This document shows positions 1 through 7,512 of a stretch of 64,000 bases of DNA, one piece after another; the stretch's first letter is position 1, and the number at the start of each line of letters is the position of its first letter. The notes beneath the pieces are model-generated. The model did no database searches and was not told the DNA's origin. It saw only the letters and a program-made list of their open reading frames with translations. The position numbers and the translations under genes are program-made. Origin of the DNA: Gemmatimonadaceae bacterium (lineage in GTDB: Bacteria > Gemmatimonadota > Gemmatimonadetes > Gemmatimonadales > Gemmatimonadaceae). The stretch is taken from assembly GCA_035493635.1 (NCBI GenBank), contig DATJHY010000085.1:16348-80347 (forward strand), given 5' to 3'.

Positions 1-244
1 GAAGCTGTTCGGGCCGTCGGTCGTCGCCGTGGTGCTCACCGGCATGGGGCGTGACGGCGCCGACGGCACGCGCGCGATTCGCAGCGCCGGCGGCCGCGCC
101 GTCGTCCAGGATCGCGAGACGTCGACCATCTTCGGGATGCCGCACGCGGCGCTCCAACATGCCGGTGCCGACAGAGTGCTCCCACTCGGCGACATCGGCA
201 ACGCGATCATCGATCTCGTGGATTCGGTGCGCCATGTTTCGTGA
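1..244 (+). CDS. cheB: Protein-glutamate methylesterase CheB, C-terminal fragment (5' end outside window)
   Basis: The frame is open to the window edge. The segment ...LTGMGRDGADG...STIFGMPHAA... looks like the end of the CheB catalytic domain. It is followed by two cheW genes, and its stop overlaps the next start. Confidence 0.75.
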   Translation, partial: KLFGPSVVAVVLTGMGRDGADGTRAIRSAGGRAVVQDRETSTIFGMPHAALQHAGADRVLPLGDIGNAIIDLVDSVRHVS

Positions 245-680
245 CGGCGCCGCGCGGCTTCTCGTCTTTGGCGTGGGTAGCGAGCGGTTCGCCGTCGAGC
301 TATCCGCGGTCGCCGAGGTGATCGCGACGCCGGCGGTGCAGCCGGTGCCGGACTCCCCACCGACGCTCCTCGGCATCACGATGCTGCGCGGAGAGCTGGT
401 GCCGATCCACGATCTTCGTCCGCTGCTGCACGCCGGTGCCGGCTCGATGGGCGGCGTACTGCTGTTCTCACGCGACGGCCGTACCACCGGGCTCGCGATC
501 GACGACATCGACGACGCGCTGGTGATCCAGGAGCACGAGCTTCGGCCGGCGCCAGGCACCGGCGGCGCCGATGCGTTGCTCGTCGGTCTGGTGCGGCGCG
601 ATTCGGACCTGATCGCCGTGCTCGACGTGGAGGCCCTGCTCGCGGCCGTTCGTATGGATACCGAGGGACAACGCGCATGA
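234..680 (+). CDS. cheW: Chemotaxis coupling protein CheW
   Basis: Starts at internal ATG 234 of ORF 51..680. It is 148 aa with a single CheW-like domain (LLVFGVGSERFAVELSAVAEV, GITMLRGELVPIHDLR). It joins the next gene through an ATGA overlap. Confidence 0.85.
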   Translation: MFRDGAARLLVFGVGSERFAVELSAVAEVIATPAVQPVPDSPPTLLGITMLRGELVPIHDLRPLLHAGAGSMGGVLLFSRDGRTTGLAIDDIDDALVIQEHELRPAPGTGGADALLVGLVRRDSDLIAVLDVEALLAAVRMDTEGQRA

Positions 681-1159
681 AGACCGACGTCGTCAAGCTG
701 GTGATCTTCCGAATCGGCGACGATCTCTTCGCCGCCGAAGTGCTCGCCGTGGACCGCGTGCTGCGGTACACGCAACCCAATCCCGTGCCCGACGTGCCGC
801 GCTGGATCGAGGGCGTCCTCGAGCATCGCGGCAGCGTCATTCCCGTGGTCGACCTGCGGCGGCGCATCGAGCGGCCCAACTTGTCGATTGGCGCCGCCAC
901 GCGCATTCTCGTGCTCAACACCTCGGACGGATTCGTCGGTGCCATCGCCGACGCCGTGGTCGAAGTCGCGGTCGTGCCGGCGACCGCCATGTCAGCTCCG
1001 CCGCCGCTGTTCAAGGGACTCGCCGCCGACGCCGTACGCGGAGTCGCCAAGGTCCACGACCAGCTCGTCGTGGTGCTCGACGTCGAGCGCGTGCTCACGC
1101 GGGCCGACCGCGTCGTGATCGACGAGCACGCGGCGGCATCGGCGGGAGACCGTGACTGA
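677..1159 (+). CDS. cheW: Chemotaxis coupling protein CheW (second paralog)
   Basis: 160 aa with a CheW-like domain (LVIFRIGDDLFAAEVLAV, GVLEHRGSVIPVVDLRRR). ATG 677 overlaps the preceding stop. Confidence 0.85.
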   Translation: MKTDVVKLVIFRIGDDLFAAEVLAVDRVLRYTQPNPVPDVPRWIEGVLEHRGSVIPVVDLRRRIERPNLSIGAATRILVLNTSDGFVGAIADAVVEVAVVPATAMSAPPPLFKGLAADAVRGVAKVHDQLVVVLDVERVLTRADRVVIDEHAAASAGDRD

Positions 1160-2000
1160 GACGACGCTCGCGTCGCTTCGTGCCTCGCACGAAGCGCTGG
1201 CGGCGCGCTTGTCCGGGGCGGAGACCGAATCCGAGCTGATTCCCCTCAAGCGCGACATCGGCGCGCTGTTCAGGAGCGTGGAGCACCAGATCGCCGAGCT
1301 CACCGCGCTCCGCGAGAGCACGCTCGAGCTCATCGAAGCCTGGAAGGCACTCAAAAACGCCCAGCCATCAAATGCCCCGCAGCTCGGCGAAGCGCCGCCG
1401 ACGGTGCACGCCGACCACATCGGCGCGTCGACGTTCATCGATAAAGGGTGGAGCATGATCTCGGCCGGCGACTACACCGGCGCGGAGCGTGTGCTGTCGA
1501 AGGCGCTGCAGCTCTCACCCGACGACCCACAGGCGGAATCGCTTCTCGGGTGGGCGCAGATGCTCCAGGACAACTTCGACGAGGCGCTGCTCAATTTTCA
1601 GAAAGTTCTGGCGCGCGAGCCTCAGAATGCGCTCGCGCGAGTGAACGTGGGTTACATCTGCCTCAAGAAGCGCATCTTTGGCGAAGCCATTGAGCACCTG
1701 TCGCGGGCGATCCGTCTGGACAACGACAAGAAGGCGAATCTGTACGCGCACTTCTACCTCGGGCTCGTGTATCTCGAACGGGAGATGTACGAGGACGCGC
1801 AAACCTTCTTCGAGAAGACCGTCGTCCTCGGGCCCAACCTGATCGAGGCATATTACGAGTTGGGCCGCGCATACTGGTACTCCGGGCGCACAGACGAGGC
1901 AAAGGAGACGTGGACCGAGGGAGCCGCCGCGAAGTTCAACCCATGGGGAAAGCGCTGCGCGGCCGTGCTCGAGACGGTGGCTCGCGGCGGCGTACCCTGA
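1152..2000 (+). CDS. Coiled-coil plus TPR repeat protein
   Basis: GTG 1152 overlaps the cheW stop. The N-terminus is helical and heptad-like. Several TPR-like units follow (AERVLSKALQLSPDDPQAESLLGWAQ, ALLNFQKVLAREPQNALARVNVGY, AYYELGRAYWYSGRTDEA). Confidence 0.75.
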   Translation: MTETTLASLRASHEALAARLSGAETESELIPLKRDIGALFRSVEHQIAELTALRESTLELIEAWKALKNAQPSNAPQLGEAPPTVHADHIGASTFIDKGWSMISAGDYTGAERVLSKALQLSPDDPQAESLLGWAQMLQDNFDEALLNFQKVLAREPQNALARVNVGYICLKKRIFGEAIEHLSRAIRLDNDKKANLYAHFYLGLVYLEREMYEDAQTFFEKTVVLGPNLIEAYYELGRAYWYSGRTDEAKETWTEGAAAKFNPWGKRCAAVLETVARGGVP

Positions 2001-2998
2001 GCGGCGCGCGCGCGAGCCGTCTCTCGCTCGCGCTGCTGCTCCTGCTGTCGTCGTTGGTCCCGCCCGCCCGCCGCGCACACGCCCAAGCGCCGATCCGGTT
2101 GGACCGCGGCCGATTTACCGCGGTCTTCTATCCGACTGAGCAAACTCTGGCGCGTTCGCTGCTCGATGTGGCAGCGAAGACCGACACGTTCCCGGGCTTG
2201 CCGCGCCCGCGCGCCACGGTGTTGCTCGAAATCGCGCCGGACGCGCGCCGTTTTCGCGACTGGACCGGACCCAACGCGCCCGAATGGGGCGCGGCGATCA
2301 CCTTCGTCGATACGCGACGGGTCGTGATGCAGGGCCGTTCCGCGGGGGCAGGCCCTGGGGATCCGGGCATGATCCTCAGGCACGAGCTCGCTCACCTGGC
2401 TCTCCACGAGTATCTGGGCGATCTGCCGCCGCGATGGTTCGACGAGGGGTATGCGAGCTACGCGGCCCGCGAGTGGGACCGCGACGACGCGTTGGCGGCG
2501 AATCTCGCGCTCGCGCTTCGGGGGACGCCGACGTTCGACGAGCTCGAGGCGGAGTTCGGCGGCGGCGCGACCGCGGCGCAGAACGCCTACGCGCTGGCTT
2601 ATCGCGCGATCATCGAGCTTGCCGCACTCGACACAGCCCGGGGACTCGCGGATTTCTTCGTCGCGTGGAAACGCGAGGGATCGATGGACCGGGCGGTGCG
2701 GGCCTCGTACGGCATCACGCTCGCGGACTTCGAGAAGCGGTGGCAACAGCGGACCCGGCGGCGGTATGGGGCGCTCGCACTCGTGAGCAACGTCACGATT
2801 GGAGGCGTCTTCGTGCTGGTGCTCCTGCTTCCGCTGTATATCGCGCGCCGGCACCGCGACCGGGTGCGCATGGCGGCGCTCGTCGCGGCCGACGAGGCCG
2901 CCGAGCGTGCGGCGCGTGAAAGCGCGATCGAGGCGCTGCTGAGCGGGGATGATTGGCCCGGCCCCGGGGACGAGCGGACGGGCGCGGGGCCGCCTTAA
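1943..2998 (+). CDS. Membrane-anchored HExxH zinc metallopeptidase-like protein
   Basis: Lies in ORF 1910..2998. It has a signal-like segment LSLALLLLLSSLVPPARRAHAQA, the motif ILRHELAHLALHEY with downstream FDEGYASY, and a C-terminal TM helix VTIGGVFVLVLLLPLYI. The start is uncertain, because ATG 1943 overlaps the previous gene by 58 nt. Confidence 0.6.
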   Translation: MGKALRGRARDGGSRRRTLSGARASRLSLALLLLLSSLVPPARRAHAQAPIRLDRGRFTAVFYPTEQTLARSLLDVAAKTDTFPGLPRPRATVLLEIAPDARRFRDWTGPNAPEWGAAITFVDTRRVVMQGRSAGAGPGDPGMILRHELAHLALHEYLGDLPPRWFDEGYASYAAREWDRDDALAANLALALRGTPTFDELEAEFGGGATAAQNAYALAYRAIIELAALDTARGLADFFVAWKREGSMDRAVRASYGITLADFEKRWQQRTRRRYGALALVSNVTIGGVFVLVLLLPLYIARRHRDRVRMAALVAADEAAERAARESAIEALLSGDDWPGPGDERTGAGPP

Positions 2999-3050
2999 TC
3001 GGTCCGTAATGTGGGAGTCATCATCGTGTAACTTCGCGCCAGCACGTTGC

Positions 3051-3079
3051 TTGACAGCATTCTAGGGCGCGCCTACACT
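3051..3079 (+). promoter_or_regulatory. Sigma70-like promoter candidate (TTGACA-17 nt-TACACT)
   Basis: TTGACA at 3051-3056, an exact 17-nt spacer, and TACACT at 3074-3079. It sits in an AT-richer spacer upstream of a small ORF and tRNA-Val. This is the best -35/-10 match I saw in the window. Confidence 0.4.
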
Positions 3080-3088
3080 ACACGCCCT

Positions 3089-3259
3089 ATGGTAGAGAGC
3101 GAGACGACGAATCGGTCGCGCAGTTTGATATGGTGGGGCCTGGCAGGGCTCGTGCTCGTGGTCGGCTTTGCGGATCTTGCGCGGGGCGGCGAGACGATCG
3201 CCCCGATTTTGCTGGCCATTGGATACTGTGTGCTCGTTCCGATTGCGATTCTGAAATGA
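3089..3259 (+). CDS. Hypothetical small two-helix membrane protein (56 aa)
   Basis: Starts at ATG 3089 inside ORF 3047..3259. It has two hydrophobic helices (LIWWGLAGLVLVVGFADL and IAPILLAIGYCVLVPIAIL). I recognise no family, and coding status is unproven. Confidence 0.35.
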   Translation: MVESETTNRSRSLIWWGLAGLVLVVGFADLARGGETIAPILLAIGYCVLVPIAILK

Positions 3260-3366
3260 GTGTTCGTGCGTCGGCAGGCGGCCCAAAAGCGTGCGGCGCG
3301 GCGCTCGTTGTGCACGGTTAGATCATTCGACGTTCAGAGTGGGAGCGCGTCCGATCGCCTTCGGTA

Positions 3367-3440
3367 GGGCGAATAGCTCAGCTGGTTAGAGCACCTGCCT
3401 TACACGCAGGGGGTCGGGGGTTCGAGTCCCTCTTCGCCCA
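3367..3440 (+). tRNA. tRNA-Val (anticodon UAC)
   Basis: Folds by hand into a cloverleaf. Acceptor stem is GGGCGAA/TTCGCCC, D stem GCTC/GAGC, and anticodon stem CCTGC/GCAGG with loop CTTACAC (anticodon TAC). T arm is GGGGG-TTCGAGT-CCCTC and the discriminator is A. CCA is not encoded. Confidence 0.95.
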
Positions 3441-3518
3441 TTGATGCGCACGTAGTGCGAATTGCGAACCCGAGTGCGGGTCCAGGGTACTTCAGTCAAC
3501 GTTTGGGAGGTTAAGACC

Positions 3519-5285
3519 GTGAAGTCAACGCAACGCCATGCGGCGGCGGCCGCGGGCCTTCTGATGCTGGTCCTGGGCGGCGCTCCATTGCTCGCGCAGG
3601 GGCGCGGTTCAGGAGAGCCCCCGCAGCGCGGCGGGCCGGCCGGGCCGGACACGCCGCAGATCCTCGTGTCAGTCCTGCAGAGCAACGAGCGTGGATTGGG
3701 CGTGCAGGCGGCCGACGAGATCCGGCGCCGCATCCAGGTCGAGCATTCGGCAAAAGAGTTGTACGCCGTCACCAAGACGGCGATCAACAACACACTGGAA
3801 GCGTCGGGCTATCGCCCGGACTCCGCGCTGAACGCGTCCGATCTCATGGAGCTCGCCAAGCAGGTTCATGGCGACTTCGTGCTCGACGGCAAGATCACCA
3901 AGACGGCAAGCGGCGTGCACCTCGAGTCGCGCATTCTGACCCGCACCGGCCAGCAGACACTCGCGCAGCCGCTCACGCCGGTTGATGGCAAGGACGCGGG
4001 CGACGTCGCGAAGCAGGTCGAGCACCAGATCTCGGATGCGCTCAAGAGCATGCCGGCGTACAAGGCGTGCGCGAACGATCTGCGCGCGCAGAAGTACGAC
4101 CAGGCGATCGTCGACGCCCGCAAGGGCATCGCGGCGTACCCGAACTCGACGCTGAACCGGCTTTGCATCCTCTCGGCATACAGCTACCAGAAGGCGTCGC
4201 CGGATTCGATCATTGCCATCGCCGATCAGATCCTCGCCCAAGACCCGACGAGCATGATCGCGCTCTCCAATGCCGCTGACGCCTACAGCGCGAAGGGCAA
4301 CAAGGACAAGGCGGTCGAGTACAACATTCGAATCTGGCGAGCCGACCCGTCGAATCAGGCGGTGATCGAAAGCATCATCACCTCGCTCGTGAACTCCGGC
4401 GCGCCCGAAAAGGCGTTGCCGATCATCGACACGCTCCTCGCCCAGAACCCGGGCGATGCGAGAATGCTCGAGACCAAGTGGAAGCTGCAGCTGGCCACGG
4501 CGGACAAGGGCGCGCAGACGATGTGGAAGCAGGCCATCGCCACCGGCGACGAGCTGATCAAGGCTGACACGTCCAAGGCGACGCTCGACTTCTTCCAGCG
4601 GCAGATCGGAGCCGCGCAGAAAGACAGCAATGCGACCAAGGTCCAGGAGCTCGCGGCAAAGGCATCGCAGAAATTCCCCAAGGACGTGAGCCTTCAATTG
4701 CTGCTGGCGCAGGGCTACCTGAAGAGTGGACAGCTTCAGCAAGCACTCGCTGCGGCGCGCCACGCACAAGAGAACGATCCAAAGGACTCTCGCCCCTGGC
4801 TGTTCGCGATCGCGGTGCAGAACCAGATGAACCAGTCCGACAGCGCGATCGCCACGGCACAGAAAGCCATCGCCGCCGGAATTTCGAAAGACACCATTGG
4901 TGGATCACTGCTCGCAACCGCTGGCCCCGCGCTCAAAAAGGCGCAGGAAACCAAATCGCGCGAGGATTGGGAAGCAGCATTGAAAGCCGCCCAGACGGTC
5001 GACGCGATCGCGCCGTCGCCGCAGAGCAAATTCTACGTCGGCGTTTCCGCCTTCAGTGTCGGCGCGGACGCGCTGACCAATGTGCAGAAGATGTACAAGG
5101 ATCCGAAGCAGCGGGTGCAGGCCTGCGCCGAGATCAAGGTCGCCGAGGACAACTTCGCGACCGCACAGGTTGCAATGCCCGCTGGCGGCAAGGTGGACCC
5201 GGGCACTGCCGGCCAGATCATGCAGGGAATCAACACGTACGGTCAGTACATCCCGCAGTTCAAGACCGCGCTCAAGTGCAAGTAA
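3519..5285 (+). CDS. Secreted TPR repeat protein
   Basis: GTG 3519 is preceded by GGAGG (3506-3510). It has the signal peptide AAAAGLLMLVLGGAPLLAQG. The body is long and all-helical with TPR-like repeats (KYDQAIVDARKGIAAYPNS, ADAYSAKGNKDKAVEYNIRIWRADPSN, LLLAQGYLKSGQLQQALAAARHAQENDP). Confidence 0.8.
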   Translation: MKSTQRHAAAAAGLLMLVLGGAPLLAQGRGSGEPPQRGGPAGPDTPQILVSVLQSNERGLGVQAADEIRRRIQVEHSAKELYAVTKTAINNTLEASGYRPDSALNASDLMELAKQVHGDFVLDGKITKTASGVHLESRILTRTGQQTLAQPLTPVDGKDAGDVAKQVEHQISDALKSMPAYKACANDLRAQKYDQAIVDARKGIAAYPNSTLNRLCILSAYSYQKASPDSIIAIADQILAQDPTSMIALSNAADAYSAKGNKDKAVEYNIRIWRADPSNQAVIESIITSLVNSGAPEKALPIIDTLLAQNPGDARMLETKWKLQLATADKGAQTMWKQAIATGDELIKADTSKATLDFFQRQIGAAQKDSNATKVQELAAKASQKFPKDVSLQLLLAQGYLKSGQLQQALAAARHAQENDPKDSRPWLFAIAVQNQMNQSDSAIATAQKAIAAGISKDTIGGSLLATAGPALKKAQETKSREDWEAALKAAQTVDAIAPSPQSKFYVGVSAFSVGADALTNVQKMYKDPKQRVQACAEIKVAEDNFATAQVAMPAGGKVDPGTAGQIMQGINTYGQYIPQFKTALKCK

Positions 5286-5306
5286 ATCGCTGAACGGTCG
5301 CGCTTC

Positions 5307-5349
5307 ACACAACCGCCCGTTGTCTCGAGACAACGGGCGGTTGTGTTTT
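5307..5349 (+). terminator. Intrinsic terminator hairpin between convergent genes
   Basis: A perfect 17-bp stem (5307-5323 with 5330-5346), a 6-nt loop CTCGAG, and then TTT. It lies 22 nt after the TPR gene stop. Confidence 0.7.
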
Positions 5350-5370
5350 GTACGATCTCCAGCGCACGAC

Positions 5371-6264
5371 TCAGTCCGACTCGCCGGGCAGGTGCACCAA
5401 GTGCACCCAGAGGTCCCGCGCCCGTGCGCGGTACGCCAGCCGCTGCCCGTTCGACATCTCGCCGTCCACGTTCACCGCCATCGGCTCCTCGGCCTCGATC
5501 CGCACCGCCTTGAGCTGCACGTAGTGCACGCCCTCATGGCCGATGTGTTCCCCGCGCTTTACCCGCAGTACGGTGCGCGCGAAATCCCCGCGCGACATCC
5601 GCTCCACGATGCACAGATCGAGCAGGCCGTCGGTCGCCGAGGCCATGGGGGTGACGAGCGTTCCGCCGCCCGTCGAACGCGTGATCCCGACGGCGAACAT
5701 CAGGAACTCTCCGTCGTACTCGAACTCGTCTCCCACGAAGCGGGCGTGTTGCGCGCGAAAGTCGGCGAGCTTGCGCATTCCGCTGATCGCGTAAGCGAGC
5801 GCGCCGAGTGACTCTTTCACTTCAGCGGGAGTCTCCGCGGTGGCTTCAGCGCCCACGCCTCCGGTCGATACATTGAGGAAGCGCCGACCATTCAGCGACG
5901 CCGTGTCGAGTCGCTTTGGCTTGCGTTGCAGGATAACATCCATGGCATGATCGGCATCTGCCGGTATGCCCACCTGTCGTGCGAAATCGTTGGCTGTTCC
6001 TACCGGGATGATCCCAAGCGGTACGTCGTATCCGTCGAGCCCATTCACAACTTCGTTGACCGTCCCGTCGCCGCCCGCCGCGGCGACGACGTCGACGCCG
6101 CGCCGGGCCGCGGTCGCCGCGAGCGCGGCCGCGTCTCCAGCCTCGAACGTTGGCAGCACCTCGACCAGATGGCCTTTTTCGCGAACCCAGCCCACCAGGT
6201 GCCGAAGCTCCGGACGGTCGACCCGCGCGCCGTGGACTACGAGCGCGATGTGTTTCGAGCGCAT
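5371..6264 (-). CDS. Diacylglycerol/lipid kinase family protein (YegS/BmrU-like)
   Basis: 297 aa. The N-terminal HIALVVHGARV and the GGDGTVNEVVNGL glycine motif are typical of the DAGK catalytic domain. Confidence 0.85.
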   Translation of the reverse strand: MRSKHIALVVHGARVDRPELRHLVGWVREKGHLVEVLPTFEAGDAAALAATAARRGVDVVAAAGGDGTVNEVVNGLDGYDVPLGIIPVGTANDFARQVGIPADADHAMDVILQRKPKRLDTASLNGRRFLNVSTGGVGAEATAETPAEVKESLGALAYAISGMRKLADFRAQHARFVGDEFEYDGEFLMFAVGITRSTGGGTLVTPMASATDGLLDLCIVERMSRGDFARTVLRVKRGEHIGHEGVHYVQLKAVRIEAEEPMAVNVDGEMSNGQRLAYRARARDLWVHLVHLPGESD

Positions 6265-7198
6265 GCCCGAGCCTAGCGCATATCACGCGCCTGTGCTCGC
6301 CGGCGCAGTCACCGAGTTGCTCGGCGGCTGCCGCTCCGTGCTCGATTGCACCCTCGGGGGGGGAGGCCATGCGCTCGCCTTGCTCGAGGCAGGAGTGGAG
6401 CGCGTGGTCGGCGTCGATCGCGATCCTGACGCGCTCCAATCCGCGGCCGAGCGGCTGAGCTCCTATATCGAGGCCGGCCGGCTCATTATGGTGGAATCGA
6501 ACTACGCCGCGCTCGACGACGTGCCGTCGCTGGCAGGGACGAAGTTCGACGGTGTCCTGCTCGACCTCGGCGTGTCTTCGCATCAGATCGACGACGAGGA
6601 CCGCGGGTTCACCTTTCGCGCGGGCGCTCGTCTCGACATGCGGATGGGCGGGGACGGGGATGCAACCGGCACGGCGGCCGATCTGCTCAACGACGCCGAT
6701 GAACGTGCGCTGGCGACAGTGTTCCGCGACTACGGCGACGAACCACGGGCGGCGCGGATCGCGCACGAGATTGTCCGTCGGCGCGCCAATCGTCCGTTCT
6801 CCACGAGCGACGATCTGGTCGGCGCGATCCGCGCGGTGCTTGGCGCCAAGAGCGGCGCCCCGGAGTTCGCGCGGCTGTTTCAGGCCGTGCGGATCGCCGT
6901 GAACGACGAGATCACCGGACTGGCACGGGCGCTACCCGCGCTGCGCGACCGGCTGGCGCCGGCCGGAACCATGGTCGTGATCGCGTACCACTCGGGCGAG
7001 GACCGCCTGGTCAAGAACGCCTTTCGCGAGTGGAGCGCCGCCTGCGTGTGTCCGCCCCGGCAGCCGGTGTGCACGTGCCGCGGCCGTCCCCTGGGCAGTA
7101 CCCTCACACGCCGGCCCATCAGTGCTTCCGACGACGAGATCACGCGGAACCCACGCGCCCGCAGCGCGCGGCTCAGAGCATGGCGAAGCGTCGCGTAG
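6263..7198 (+). CDS. rsmH: 16S rRNA (cytosine1402-N4)-methyltransferase RsmH (MraW)
   Basis: Starts at ATG 6263 within ORF 5966..7198. It has YHAPVLAGAV near the N-terminus, GVLLDLGVSSHQID and YHSGEDR. It is the first gene of the dcw cluster. Confidence 0.9.
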   Translation: MPEPSAYHAPVLAGAVTELLGGCRSVLDCTLGGGGHALALLEAGVERVVGVDRDPDALQSAAERLSSYIEAGRLIMVESNYAALDDVPSLAGTKFDGVLLDLGVSSHQIDDEDRGFTFRAGARLDMRMGGDGDATGTAADLLNDADERALATVFRDYGDEPRAARIAHEIVRRRANRPFSTSDDLVGAIRAVLGAKSGAPEFARLFQAVRIAVNDEITGLARALPALRDRLAPAGTMVVIAYHSGEDRLVKNAFREWSAACVCPPRQPVCTCRGRPLGSTLTRRPISASDDEITRNPRARSARLRAWRSVA

Positions 7199-7512
7199 CC
7201 TCGCGGCGCCGGTCGATGATCGCCGTGGTACTCGTCGGTTTCGTCTTGGTGACGGCGGGCGTCATTACACGTCGAGTCTACGGCGTACGGCAGCAGTCGG
7301 AAATTCGCCGGTTGCGTCAGCGGCGGGATTCGTTGGCGGCCGAGCGGGTCCGATTGGAGAGCGTGATTCGCGACGCATCGAGCCGGGTGCGACTGCAGCC
7401 GATCGCCGAGCAGCGACTCAACATGCACATCCCGACCCCCGATCAGCAGGTCTTACTCCCCCGCGCCGTGCGTCGCACCCCTCCCCCGACAACCCGAAAT
7501 GATTCGCTCTAG
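7180..7512 (+). CDS. ftsL: Cell division protein FtsL-like
   Basis: Starts at ATG 7180 within ORF 7030..7512. It is 110 aa with a basic N-terminus, one TM helix (MIAVVLVGFVLVTAGVI) and a coiled coil (IRRLRQRRDSLAAERVRLESVIRD). It sits in the canonical position between rsmH and ftsI. Confidence 0.7.
   Translation: MAKRRVASRRRSMIAVVLVGFVLVTAGVITRRVYGVRQQSEIRRLRQRRDSLAAERVRLESVIRDASSRVRLQPIAEQRLNMHIPTPDQQVLLPRAVRRTPPPTTRNDSL

Noticed and set aside
3047-3088. The TTG 3047 start given in the ORF track for the small membrane ORF.
   Set aside because: That start lies upstream of the TTGACA/TACACT promoter candidate and adds a non-hydrophobic 14-aa extension. ATG 3089 is preferred, but the whole ORF remains low confidence.
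3367-3440. tRNA-Val as a possible integration hotspot for a genomic island.
   Set aside because: There is no integrase, no direct repeat of the tRNA 3' end, and no compositional island on either side. The flanking genes are ordinary.
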